Shown one piece after another: positions 11,369 through 24,104 of a stretch of 64,000 bases of DNA. Source of the stretch: Tubiluchus corallicola (Eukaryota; Animalia; Priapulida); contig JAQGDQ010000038.1 of the NCBI GenBank assembly GCA_030141605.1, forward strand, positions 806,001 to 870,000. The letters are read 5' to 3'. The notes beneath the pieces were generated by a model. That model searched no databases, had not been told where the DNA came from, and was given only the letters and a program-made list of their open reading frames with translations. Position numbers and translations under genes: made by a program. How positions within the stretch are numbered: the stretch's first letter is position 1; each line of letters begins with the position of its first letter.

Positions 11369-12734
11369 TTGGAGATTGTTTGGAAAACATCCAATTTGCT
11401 TTACTTTTTAATATTAGCATTGACTTTAAGTAAACTCTATGTCCAGGATCCAGGAAAAGAATTGTCCGTCTCTGATTACATATTGGCTACACATAGATAT
11501 AAATGAATTTATATATCTTAATTATTAATTTCTTAATTTAATTGTAATTATAAACCAATAACATTTATCCCACCTCGCGTTTCGGATCAATTTCACGTTA
11601 AGGTTCCCGTAAACCGCCTACACAAAGTTTACACCAGCATAGTAATGCCAATACAAGAAAAAACGACTTTTTAAAAACTGTCAAAGTTTTCAAAAGTTGA
11701 TTTATTTATCTGATTATCGAAGTAGGTCTTCTGAAATGTCATGCTGAAGAAATGATATTGGATTATTTTGCGGTTAATGCCACTGAGCTTTTAGTGGAGA
11801 TTTATTATAACTTTGCTTATTTTCACACTTTACATTTTCATTTATGTATATTTTTCAATTTACAGCGTTTATTTCTTCTTCAGTGATCTTTTTACACGAT
11901 ACAATAGCCTTTTGACAAATACAACATAGCCGTTCCAGAACAATGAAATGTTTTTCACATTGTACTGAAAAAATACCGAACAAACTTTTAACAAAAAATT
12001 ATTGAACGTAACGCCTATCAATAAGTTTAATTCTGATAAAGAAATGTTGATAAAAATTTAATGGTAATTGCTGATGAGTGATAGTTTAGTAAGTGGAATC
12101 GTTAGAATCTCAATTGAACACATAATTAGTAAAATGGCTATGTTGAACAATAGCGTTACAACTAACCCCTATGTTGGCTGTTAAGACTGCCTCGCGCTCA
12201 GTTTTCCTGCTCGTCATTACTGACGTGCATGTAATAGAAAGGTTGCCCAAAGGCTATTGTTACGTAGTCTTCCCATGAACCCTTACATAATAGTATCGGA
12301 GATATAAAGGCTGTTTCAACATATCCGTGTTACATCTAGCCCCACTAACGCCTTACTAAGTTACGTCTTCCCTACTAACGCGTGCAGATAAATTTACATG
12401 GTAAGTCTCTATAGACGACGTAATGATCTGTATAGCAGGTAAAGATTTATGTGCACTGCACTTATCTGGCAGTGTAAATCACGTATGCAACATAAAGAAA
12501 TATTACCAATAAAGTCGCAGTTTGACAGGTACTAGACATCATTAACTTTTCCGTTTAGAATTCAACTGCACTATTCTAGTACTTATACAATTGAATATTT
12601 TTTTGCTGTTTCAACTGCAGATTAGAATATTACGGAAACTACGTATTGCATTTATACTTGTATTCGTTTGTGTAATGTGAATGTATAATATAGGTGACTT
12701 AATAACTAGGTTACCAAGCTTCAATACGTTTAGC

Positions 12735-13275
12735 ATTGTTAATAGAAAAGGTCCCACAATAAAGAAAAACGCGGGGTTTCAAGTCACTGCTGTGGTTTAT
12801 CTTCAGATAAAGAACAAGAAAGGAAAAAGATCACATAAAATTGCTAATATTAGTTTTTGAGGAGTTTTTTTCCATTACTTCCATTGCTAAAATGATCACA
12901 CTTGAGAAAAAGGGGTACAGTCACATAGAAGAAACATAGAGGCACAACAAACAAAAGCTGTGCAGGGAAAAATGAAGAAGTGTAAAATCACTGACCACAG
13001 AGACGCTTCAGAGAATAATATGGTTGTCTTCTATTGTGTCTATGTGGTCAGTGATTTTATACTTCATCTGTTGTGCTCCTGTATTTTTCTGTGTGATCGT
13101 ATTTTTGAAGGTATGATATTTTTATGTAATGTGTAAAAGCCTGCTCAAAAATTAGTATTTTACGATCTTTTTCCTTTTTTCTTTCTTAGTTTTTCACCCG
13201 AAGGTAACCACGGGAATGGTTTGAAACCATTGTGTTTTTTCCTAGTTCTTGTGTGATTTTTTCAATAATTTTCCC
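12735..13275. mobile_element. Long imperfect inverted repeat (foldback MITE), centre ~13015
   Basis: GAAGTGTAAAATCACTGACCACAGAGAC pairs with GTCTATGTGGTCAGTGATTTTATACTTC; outer arm AAGGAAAAAGATC pairs with GATCTTTTTCCTT. Confidence 0.75.
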
Positions 13276-13448
13276 TCTTCTTGTTAACAAATATTAAATA
13301 TGTGTTCGCAAGACTACTACTGCCAATTAATCCTTTCAAACTGCATACATGAGAAGCATGTACAATGTTGGCGATAGTATCTGGCAATCCCGAATGATAT
13401 TGTAATGTTGAACGAATGATGCTGATTCGCTAATTCACATCAGGCAAG

Positions 13449-13572
13449 ATGATGTTAATACTGGAAATAGGTAGGGTGGTATTAATACGGGAAATAGCTA
13501 GGATGATATTAGTACAGGAAGTAGGTAGACTGATATTAATACTGGAAATAGGTAGGATGATAGTAATACTGG
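13449..13572. repeat. 27-bp minisatellite, ~4.5 copies
   Basis: Unit GATATTAATACTGGAAATAGGTAGGAT at 13451, 13478, 13505, 13532 and 13559. Confidence 0.88.
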
Positions 13573-16191
13573 TCTTCCATATTTTCAGCGTCTCTGAAGA
13601 GATCAAACTTGGCAAACTATGGGTTAGTGCGGGTAAGGGTTGCTGATATAACACACCTACTTTCAATTTCACCTTCAAGATTGTTTTTTTTTCTATATCA
13701 GGTGGCTCTAGGACTGGTAGGCGCGGAAAATTTTGCATTATCAGCATATTTTGGCATCTAACTATTTTCTATTGTTTTGTCTGTTTGTAATAAACCACCT
13801 TTAACTCACCTATTTTAGTTTTCTAAACTCCGAGATATCTAGTAAATTACGTTGGAAGAGATCAGATTTATCACAACCTCGGCTTAAGGAGAAGAAAACC
13901 CAAATTTACATTTCTGGACATATCTTGCCCATTCATTTACATTTTCTCAATCATTAGCATTTTTGTATTACGTGGAATATTGCTCTTAGCACCTAGTCGT
14001 CAATGTGATATTATTATTATTATTGTTATTTGCCTGCTGACAAATTTTAATAGATTTTTCTCGCACAGGATCTTATCTTTTCACATGAGGTGATTACATT
14101 TAATTATCTGCCAAATAAAATGAAATAACAAAAATGATTAGGTTTCCTCGTGGCAGCGTTAACTGAAATATACCTTACAAGAATATGCGAGAGAATGGTT
14201 GAATATTTCCCGTCGTGGGTGCTTGGCTAGGACAGTTAAGCAGCGCTCGGTTTGCTTGGTAAACGAATGGGCAACATGTGTTCAGAATTGGAAATTTGGG
14301 TTTTAATTTTCTGTATCCTAGGAGCAACTTTGCCTAATACAAAACGGAGTAGCATCCAAACCATAAGCGATTTAACCACAGAACCTTTGTAATTATTTGT
14401 TCAGTTCCACAACCCATAAGTTGATTTTAAGTAAACGTAGCATGTGAAAGTGTGTGAAATGTGGTACACGAAGGTACTCATTGAAGATAAAAAGTAAGAG
14501 ATTTCAACAAACACTCTACAGCACTTGCATTTTTGGAACACGCAAATCTAGGCTATGCTATCCGTGTCTTGTTGGTTTCAGCCTGACTTAACAACAAGCA
14601 AAAAAGCACCCCGCAGATTAGATGCAACTTGCAAGATTTTACTTGTTGGCCGTTTGATGTATGGCTTTGTTTTTAAGTTTTTTGTTGAATAGCAAGCACT
14701 ATACATCTTTACGCTTAAATTGCTTGTGGTGTGTCAGGTATTTAAACAAATAACTGTCGGCCAGAAAATTAATGGTTAGCCTGAAACAAACCTGTGCTAC
14801 ATCATATGAGCCGAATATACAGCATGCTTCGATGAAAAAGTGCATTAATTGATAATTTAACTAACTATCACTAGAAAATTAGTCACAAGAAATCTTTCCT
14901 GGATCTCTATTCGTTTTTCCATACCCTATGTAACTTCTGGCTTCGCACAAACAACGTCTATAACAGGTAACATATAGCAAAGTTGTTTGTGGTGTGTTAG
15001 CGGTAGGTGTCAGCTGTCTATCTGTCAACTATAAATCCTCTGTGGTCAATATGTCCACTGAAACCTCGTAATGCCGCGGGATTTTACGCATGTTAGGTTC
15101 TGTTGTTTTCTAGCAGGTAATTTTGACCGTATGTCGAAAAGAGTTAGTAAAACAACGCTCAAGTTTACAACAGAACAGTGTTTACTATACGATAAATGCG
15201 TAATTCGAATGCCGCCTATACAATAAAACAATAATTATTTCGTTCAATAATTCTTGATTTACAGTCAGGGGAATTTGTAAACTTCATGTGCGCCGTACCG
15301 ATAAGAGGCGTCGTGTAGATCGTATTTTATGCATGTAAAAACGCACGTGATTTTTCGAAATGCCTAGCACAATTACGACCTAACGCTGTATAAGCAATTG
15401 AACGGCAATTTTAGGAACATTATTACAATAAAACGCCAAAATTTAGCTTCATATTGAACATAAGGATATTTGAAGGTCAGCGATTACTTGATGTCTCGGT
15501 TGTGAATAAATGAGTAGGCGTAGTAAAGGTTAGGCTAGAGACTTTAACAATAGTGTGCAGAAAATAACTTTTAATTTTTTTAAAAAAGCGATATTATGAA
15601 AATAGAATTATTTTGGAGTGAAAAATCGGAGAGTGCATTTATTTTGAATAATGCAACCTAACAGCGCGCCTTATGATGTAGGAGTCTTAAAATGAGAAGT
15701 GAGGAACTTACACTGTAAAAGGGGCTGCAAGAAATATGGAATTCATTTTATATTCTGTAAGAGAGCACATTGGAAAATAATATAAAGGGCTGCGGCCCTA
15801 ATTCTTTTCTTAAAACAATAATAAGCCTAATATATTATGTTATACGTATATTTTAAGACATTCTAAAGTAATAATTTACAAAAAAGTAAATAGGTTGCAT
15901 ATGTTGTATGGTAATGGTTGCAGCATAACTGGACAGCAATCATTGGATTCTCATTGCCTATAGAGATTTTGGGAGTAAGAAATTAAAAGTGATGATAATC
16001 TTGATCAAAAAGACGCCTATGAGCAGAATTTTAAGTTGCCTTTTCTTTTTTTAACAGTGGTCAGGACTTCTCATTTTTCTCTTTTTAACTGTGGCCTAGA
16101 GTAGACAATTCGTAAGCCTCAAGCTTTCAATTTTCCTCTTTGGAAAAAAAAGTGATAATATAATATGGTGATGTAGGAAAAGGTAATAAAA

Positions 16192-16250
16192 AGGAGTTGA
16201 ACCGCGACCTCCTGGGTGCGAAGCGAGCACTCTACCGCGCCACTCGCGAC
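16192..16250 (-). pseudogene. tRNA-Ala(CGC)-like relic / SINE head
   Basis: Minus strand GTGGCGCGGTAGAGTGCTCGCTTCGCACCCAGGAGGTCGCGGTTCAACTCC: A and B boxes and a TT-CGC-A loop, stems broken. Confidence 0.55.
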
Positions 16251-16742
16251 AGTTCCACTGGCCGCTTGCTTAAAAACTACAGGTATCGTTATAAAATTGA
16301 GCAGTATGTGTAGCATGAAGTTTCTCCAACAATTTTATTCAGTTTTTCTGTAGAGGTTATATTAAATGAAGCCACTGAAATGCCATTCTGCTTTAACGTG
16401 AATGTGTGTTGACTAATTTAATTTATAAACTTAATTTAATTATTACATTTTAATATGTAGTTTCACTATGACTACTTCTGAAACTGTAGTTACACATCTA
16501 TGTCAGACTTTTTGACAACAGCGTTTTTCTTAATAAATCCTAAAAAGCATTCGATGTTAATTTATAATTTTATTCTCGTTGTACCACTTTTGCATTCTCA
16601 AATTCTTCAAGAATGAAATCACTGCTTCCAACTGATATTGTTAAGCTAGTACTGTTTGCAAATTTGATGATTTTAGTTTCCTTTTCATTTATTGCAGATG
16701 ATCAAACGGATTAACGCATAAGTAGACTAAGCACATGCTTAA

Positions 16743-17291
16743 AGGAAGACCGGACGCTTGTTTAAACTCAATCTCTTTTTAATTTACTGTCCAAAATATA
16801 CATTTTCTTGCCTATAAAAGTTAACAATTGTTTCTTATATTTGAATAATTAGCTTGGAAAGTTAATTAACGGCAACGGAACACAGCTATTGCTTATGTCA
16901 GAAACTAACCACAGTTTGTGCAATGGCAGGCGTCTTCCCTTGCGCGTCAAGCACATTTGCGTAGGTGTTACAGTACTGCTTATACGAATGATGTCACGAA
17001 AAATGGGCTTTACATCATATGACATCATGAAATTAACACAGCAGTTCATGATCATGGTTATCACGGCGCCGCCTTCTATTTGTCGGCCACGCGCACGTGA
17101 TAAAAATGCGCCGCTGCCAATCTTATTAGATTCACTGAGCCGCGCGTAGCTTTGAAAGTTTAACGAAATTTGAGTACTGAGGTAATTATTACATAATCTA
17201 AGCTTTGATTTAAAATAAGCTATTGTAGTTTTCAATATTTTAAAGCATTCTTTAATCTGAGCGCGTGTTTACACAATCATCCGGTAATCCT
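16743..17291. mobile_element. Kolobok-like MITE, copy 2 (TTAA target)
   Basis: ttaa|AGGAAGACCGGACGCTTGTTTAAAC...GTTTACACAATCATCCGGTAATCCT|ttaa; homologous to 5130-5671 over its full length. Confidence 0.82.
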
Positions 17292-18217
17292 TTAAGGCAC
17301 CAAGACTCAGGGAACACAAAGCTGGCAAAAAAAATTGATAACAGATACAATTTTAATAAAGTGCGTTAACACAGTTCAAAGTGAGAGGTAGAGGGCTGCA
17401 CAAGATTAATTAATTTTTTTTGCTATTGGCAGGCACAATATCTTTTCTTGTATTATTGCTGATTTATTTAATTAAAATTTTTTTTAAAGAATTTAAGTGG
17501 CATAAATCTATGTAGAGCGATGAACGTTGCTTTATATAATAATGTCGCACAATTTGTATGAAATAATACGTATGTTTTGGGCCGCGAAACATGCACGCGG
17601 TGTCATGGGGCAAAGGAGAGAGCCGGGCACCAGGTGCTGGGTGTACTTTAGGCACCTACACACCCTAATCCGGCTCTGTGATTAACAGTTTTTCACGTGT
17701 TGCCTACTTCTTTTTATTAGAGGTTCCGCTATAAACAAGGTAAAACGTAACTACTTTTTGTACACACTTGTTTATTTAGAGTTTTCTTAAGAAAAGCATA
17801 CAATATATTAGGCAAGCACTACGTATTCACACTGATAATGATCACTTGAAGGTTTACTCAGCGAGTCAATTTAAGTGTATGCAACATAAAGTACTCACTC
17901 CCTTAGAATTGTGAGAAATAAGGTCATAACATAAGATCATATTAACAAATAGTTTGATGATACTAAACAGTGTCGATGTAAGCAAATATTCAATATCTCT
18001 CTGTGCGCATATTATGTGTTTTTGGAGATTTATCATTATGGTATCAAACTCACCCCACAAACTAATTAACAGGTATTACTGGCTGACATTCACAATCAGG
18101 GGCTTTCTTAGATATCAATACGATAATTTCCCAGTTAGTTTTTTACGGTTCCCACACACAGTGAGCCGTTATCTAGCGCTAAATTACAGTCGTAGTTAAT
18201 ATGGATGGTTGTGATGG

Positions 18218-18312
18218 CTGTGGCAGGACCAGTTTGTAGCAGAATCGGGCTGTGGCAGGACCGGGTTGAGACAGGACCGCGCTGTAACAGAACCGGGCTG
18301 TGGCAGGACCGA
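18218..18312. repeat. GC-rich ~16-bp minisatellite, ~6 copies
   Basis: Unit CTGTGGCAGGACCGGG with variants. Confidence 0.8.
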
Positions 18313-18934
18313 CAACCATCTAACATCAAGCATTGATTCCTGTATGGAAGCCAAAAGGAGTACTGCTCATCAGATATTTGGTTTACAAAGTTTATTAGAT
18401 ACTCCACTAGATGTAATAATGTAGGTAGTTTACATGCGGCAACAGATCGGGGAAAATGGCATCAAATCATGACTGGAGCTGTGCTACATGATGGAAGTAC
18501 CTAATATAATAACACGGTGATCTAAAACATCAGGGGACAGGAGTTGGTGTTGTTATTTTTCTCTCTTATTCTTGAAAAATATAAAAACCGCCATCGATAG
18601 TTAGTTTCAACTTTGGTGAATTTTTTGTCAATTTGATTGCAGAACAGATCACAATCTGTGTTAGTTACACTTTTTAGAATAAATATACGTGCATTGTGAC
18701 TGTAGATAAATGGCACTCAAAACTATTTTGCTAATGATGACTAATAAATAGATAGTCTAGCTTTTGAACAACTAAAAAACTTTACTTATTACAATTTTAG
18801 ATCAATGCAGTTACAAAAATTTTCTTCTGGTTACATTGCCTGCATTATTTTTCATGCAGTCACGGAAGTTTTAAAAGTTCAAACATACGTTCTGACTACG
18901 AATTTACGGCGGTTTCTTTACTGCAACACGCTTA

Positions 18935-19235
18935 CTCGTCGCACATGAGGCAAAATCTGTCTGCAAAAACTTATCTAATACAGGTTTTTGCTCTTGTGCG
19001 TGCTCCAAACGCTGTTTATCAATTTTCCTTACACAGATTTTCATTAAAAATACTCAAGTTTATGTCTTACTCAAACTCATCCTGCTCTCGTGTGCATCAT
19101 ACAAATTGAAAATAGTCATTTTGTCACGTGTCATCTAGCAAATGTTTACTGAGATTATCCAGACAAAACTTGTTTATACAAAAATTGCCGTGTGCGCACA
19201 AATCTTGTGTGAGTTTTTTTTACCGTGTGCAACTA
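18935..19235. mobile_element. Probable MITE with degenerate TIRs
   Basis: GTCGCACATGAGGCAAAA vs TTTTTTACCGTGTGCAAC, plus internal repeated CCGTGTGC-type motifs. Confidence 0.45.
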
Positions 19236-19468
19236 TTAAGCCTATAATGTCTAAGTCTAAAAGGACTGATTAGCTAAAATAGCGATAAAAAATTATACTG
19301 TCGGTTGGAAAAAATTAAGTCGGTGAAAATACTAGTTGCATGTTTAAACACTAAGTGGAAACGTTTTGAAAATTATCCTAAGACTTACAAAACTATATTA
19401 TTAAAGCTTTTAGGAGCGAATAAATAAATTGAGACATTCTTGTTTTCAACTATGTACAACTTCTAGCC

Positions 19469-19638
19469 TTATCGGTCTTTACCAAGTTGACGTGCTCTGC
19501 TGCCCTCTCTTGGCGAGTGAAGTAAACGCTGGAGAAGGATACCAAGTTCTTCATCAATCGACTCTTCCGACGGTTTCTTGTTTCCGTCGTCAACAGGTCC
19601 TGCTGGACGTGAACACTCATCATCTAGTGTGCATGTTT
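19469..19638 (-). CDS. OXT/AVP-like: Oxytocin/vasopressin-family precursor, coding exon 3 (neurophysin end plus C-terminal tail)
   Basis: cttttttaatag|AA ACA TGC... in phase 1; encodes (E)TCTLDDECSRPAGPVDDGNKKPSEESIDEELGILLQRLLHSPREGSRARQLGKDR*. Supplies neurophysin Cys13 and Cys14. Not present in the ORF track. Confidence 0.88.
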
Positions 19639-20151
19639 CTATTAAAAAAGTACAACTGTTTGTTTAGTCGTACTTTATTCTACTAACTACATAAAAGGGG
19701 CGTCTGGCTAATCGTTCATATATATAACCTAATACGCAAATAAGTACAAGGCAAGCGACCTTTGAATCTGAAGTTTATGCCAGTATAACTAATGCGTGTG
19801 TATATGACTCAACGCAGATGTAGGAGTGCAATAAATCTTAAAAAATCTGATAAAATGTCAAAATAACCTGAGATAATCATAGTGGGCGTTTGAAAATGTT
19901 AATGGTTCGATTCGTCATCGTCATTCTGTATCATCTTCGTCATATCTTATTACCAGCGATGATTCGATTGTGTTTTGTAACCTAAATGCCATTCACGTGT
20001 CGGATTTTTGTTTTGCCTTTTGGAATTTGTTTCATTTCTTTACTTCTAGTAATAGCAGCTTGGCACACAGCAATCACTTTTTCTCCTAAGACGTTTGATT
20101 TCAGCAAAAGACCATAGACTGACTGGCTCTGACTGAGTCGGAAGTTATGAG

Positions 20152-20805
20152 TAGAGTTACCCCCCCCCCCGTCATGAACCGGAGTCAGGAGTCAAGAGCT
20201 AGCCAAAGGGCCTCTGAGCTTCCCCAGTGGGGCCAGGACGAAGCCCTGGAAACCAAGCATTTGAAACATTTTAGATGTTTTATGAGGTCTTTTTCAAAAA
20301 CTAAAATCAAGAAATTCAAACGACAAAGTAGTAAAATTCTTGATTTTAGACTCCAAAAAAACTTATAAAACTTATAAAAGTGCGAAGCAGTGTACAGTCA
20401 CTTTTCTCACGTTTTCTGAGGTGTTTGGTGTTTTAGCAATCAAATTATTAAACACTTTATGTAAGATGAATTAACACTAAGGGGGAAGAATACTTGCCTT
20501 GCAGTATTTGCCGCTGTAACAAAAATTGGCGAAAAATGTAGAAGGGGTAGGATGATGAAGCCATGCAGCCGATTAAACTTAATTTAATATATTTACTGTT
20601 ACCATAGCTAACAGAAACTCAACTGTTTTTTTGGCTTAATTTTTTTGCAAAGGTTCAGTAGCATACCAATTTAATTTCTGCTTTTTATTTAAATTTCAAT
20701 AGAGTGGTCGAAATCAGGAGATTTCAGAATTTTTCAAAAATCCGACCGAACTACGGATGCTGAATTTCAAGACTCCGGGCCAAATCAGGAATGGTGGCAA
20801 CACTA
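20152..20805. mobile_element. hAT-like MITE in intron 2 of the neuropeptide gene
   Basis: TIRs TAGAGTTACC... / ...GGTGGCAACACTA; flanking 8-mers GTTATGAG and GTTACGAC (6/8 identical) look like an 8-bp TSD. Confidence 0.65.
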
Positions 20806-21237
20806 GTTACGACAGGATGATTTTAAGTTACGACTTTTTCTGATTTTAAGTTAACAGCTCTGAATTTAAAAAGCAGTGTTATTCAGAATCATTTCCAAAG
20901 ATTACAAAACAGTTGGATGACGAGTTTTGGTCAACTGCTATCGACTTTACTCAGTCGATATTTAAATATCTAGATAATAGACAATACCTAAGACGGTAAA
21001 TTTCCACCCTCCATTTCGGAAAACTCAATCAGTAAGATCAACCAAACCCGAATTCTTAACTCGATTTTTGAGGATGAATCTTGTTTCACCGATCCAAAAG
21101 AAGTGTTTGGCATGACTGTCAGCCAATTCACTCAAGGTATACTTGAAAAAATAAGCACACCATTGCATATCAGCGTTGCATAGCAGCTACAAGTAGCTAG
21201 TTGCCAGTTGTAATTTGCAGTTGTCAACTATACAGAC

Positions 21238-21442
21238 CTTCGTTGCAGCAAACACCATTTGTTCCACAGCGACCTCTACCTCCAGCACATTCCTTCCCTC
21301 GTACTTCGCACAATATTGGTATCTCGTTCTCCTTGGCGCAATTGGCAGATTCAATGGTTCGTATGTGGCAGCCAATCAGTTCTCCACAACAAATATTAGG
21401 TCCAAAACACTGTCCCAGGCCTCCTGGACCACATTTTAAACA
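21238..21442 (-). CDS. OXT/AVP-like: Oxytocin/vasopressin-family precursor, coding exon 2 (neurophysin core)
   Basis: tttttcag|TGT TTA AAA TGT...AAC GAA G|gtctgt; CLKCGPGGLGQCFGPNICCGELIGC...CAKENEIPILC...C...GRCGTNGVCCNE with 12 Cys. Phase 0/1 junctions as in vertebrate AVP/OXT. Confidence 0.96.
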
Positions 21443-22590
21443 CTGAAAAAGAATTGGTTGAAGAAACGAATCGAATACGTGCAATGGATGGTATTCCACG
21501 CAATTCAATGATGGAATACTGGAAATGTTTTTTGTCGACCAATAATGAATAATAGAGAATACCTTTCTGAACTTCTAGAAAAAGCTACATTGACGCAATC
21601 AGCTCAAGTTTTCACGACCCCATAGCGAACGTTAGCAAGATAAAAGTTGCTATACAAAGAGGGAGAGAAAAGGAAAAGGAAAGAGAACGAGAGAGGAAAA
21701 TGAAGAAGGAGAGTTAGATGGAACCCGATAAGTTTATTACTGGATAATGAAAACGTTACCAGAAAACTGACGAGGTTTAAATATTTCACTTTTCAAGCTA
21801 TAGAGAAATCTATGTGAAATATCTGGCCGTATAATAAACCGTGGGGTATTACATTTTATCACTTTTCTAAATTTACTATAGAATAATCATGCGTTGTTTG
21901 ACGTCATCACAGAAATGACGTCTGACTTATAAATTTTCCACTGAGAAGCAAAAATGGTTCCATACAGTTTGATTTAATAACCCACATTTTAAAGTACTTA
22001 TCATTAGCTTTGAACAACTACAAAATAGCCAGTTAAGAGATAGTCACAGTGTGGTCATCGCCACTGACGCAGGCGCCATTGAGTGGCATCTCAATATGCA
22101 TCTTCGGCGCCCGTCTGTGAGTATTCCTGTTACATGCCGCGTACCAATGGCACCTACAAGGATACTGTGGTCAGTTTAAACCCTCAAACCGTAAACAAAT
22201 ATTTGGAGCAAACATACGCTAAAATGCTTATGCTAACATCAATCTTGACTAAAACATTTATACACGCCCTGCAGCTGTGGCGTTCCTATGCTATTTTCGA
22301 AAGTGCCTTTTGCTATAACAGCCTTCAGTTTTATGTTGTATTGTCATTGTAAAAATGCTTTTAGCCAATTAGATCTTGATTAATTTTAGGTACTTAATGA
22401 ATGCATCAATGTGGGCTGACGATCATTGGACACATCAAATAAAGGTTTTTGTGCAATTTAAGCTATTGTTTTCGTCGCAGTGTTGTATTCGTTAAGAGTC
22501 GCTTTTAGCCTATGGCTAATGTTGCAGTCTTTTTGTAAATTCGTTAAAGAGATTAAATTACTTCTTGGAGCACGAGTAACGTGTATTTAC

Positions 22591-22731
22591 CTGTCTAACT
22601 GTCCTGGTACTAGAGATTGAACGTTTTCCTCCTGGAGGACAATTTGTTATAAAACACGACGAGGCAACGGTCAACAAACAGCTAGTCACTATCAAAACGC
22701 CTAGTGAATATTCTAGATCTATTTTTACCAT
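22591..22731 (-). CDS. OXT/AVP-like: Oxytocin/vasopressin-family precursor, coding exon 1: signal peptide, nonapeptide CFITNCPPG-amide and GKR site
   Basis: MVKIDLEYSLGVLIVTSCLLTVASS-CFITNCPPG-GKR-SISSTRTVRQ|gtaaat. An acceptor ttttcag 6 nt before the ATG implies an upstream non-coding exon. Confidence 0.96.
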
Positions 22732-23957
22732 TTTGTTCTGAAAATATAAGAAAAACAATTAATTCGGTCACACAGCTTCTGTTCTTCTGTTCAACTATGT
22801 AGTAGTTTTTACAGTCAATTTCATTAACAGTTTTTACTAGTTCAAAAATTTTGCGTAAGTTATTAAAAACTCAATTCAGGATCTCAGAAAGACATCTCTA
22901 GCTAATATTCAAGGTCAATTTTGTGAAAGGTGCCATACAAAGGAAACATTGTAACAATGTATGGACTCTGGTAGTTGACAAATAAAGGTACAAAATGAGA
23001 AATAAAATAAGTACTCGTTCTAAACCAGAAAATAATAGAGAGAACTTATATGTATAACAAAAATACCAAGAACTAAGATTTCTGAATCTCTGCTAAAAAT
23101 ACTTAAATAAAGATTGTAAGTTTCAAATATAGTATATTCAATTACGATTCGAAAGTGCGGGAAAATGAAAAATGAAAAAATGAAATAAATTATCTCGTAC
23201 TGGAAAGGCTCAACTTCACAGCTGAAATATTTAAATCAGCAGAACACTATGTGTTCATGTAAATCAAAGTTGTCGAAAAGCAAGTATTCTGATTATTCCT
23301 AAATAAAGAGTTTACAGCACACAGACGTATAGTTTAATTGAATATAAATCTGATTTTAATTTGCATGGGATAAATATTAATCCTAAAGTTCGTCCACCTG
23401 CACTAAGTGAAATGTTTTTCGCGTGTCTTTGATTTTGCGTGTACGTGTAACTTTTAGGTAACCAGCAGCATTCTCGCGTATGTCTATGGCACTGAGACAG
23501 TGTCACTCTCCCATCGGTACATACGCGCGTTAAAAGCCATTTACCTGTTCTTATGCGGCTTTCAATGCTCTGCACTACTTTTACTTAATAACATTATTGC
23601 ACGTTATCAACGTGGGCCTACCAAATGTAAATACACAATCAATAGGTTGAAAGTGCTTTTCTCATAAGAATAAATAACGGGTAATATAAATTAGTTATTC
23701 GTGTGAATCGCAGAGTTAACACACACATTATCCAGTAACATTTAACAATCGTAATTATAGTCATGGTCAGTATAGACAGTTTATTAGACACAGTAGGATC
23801 TACAAATGTTCCAGGCAGCATAATTATATACATGTGCTTGGAGTGTGACAGGCTGGGCAGGCACATAGATAGAAGGTTCCACTCGGTTCTCTTTGGCCTC
23901 AAACTTGCAAGAACGCAAACGCAAGTTATATAATTGCAACAATTTACACTGAGTGAG

Positions 23958-24104
<147 letters not shown>

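Noticed and set aside
13430-13747. 105-aa ORF with ILPISSINI repeats
   Set aside because: Produced by a 27-bp minisatellite; no splice or homology support.
16192-16262. Functional tRNA gene
   Set aside because: Acceptor and anticodon stems do not pair; no tRNA-like segment in the window folds into a complete cloverleaf.
16849-17235. Similar ORFs at 5262-5545 and 16849-17235 suggesting a duplicated gene
   Set aside because: Both lie inside two copies of the same TTAA-flanked MITE, and the frames are not preserved between copies.
21187-21446. Alternative-frame ORFs over the neurophysin exon
   Set aside because: Shadows of the real minus-strand exon.
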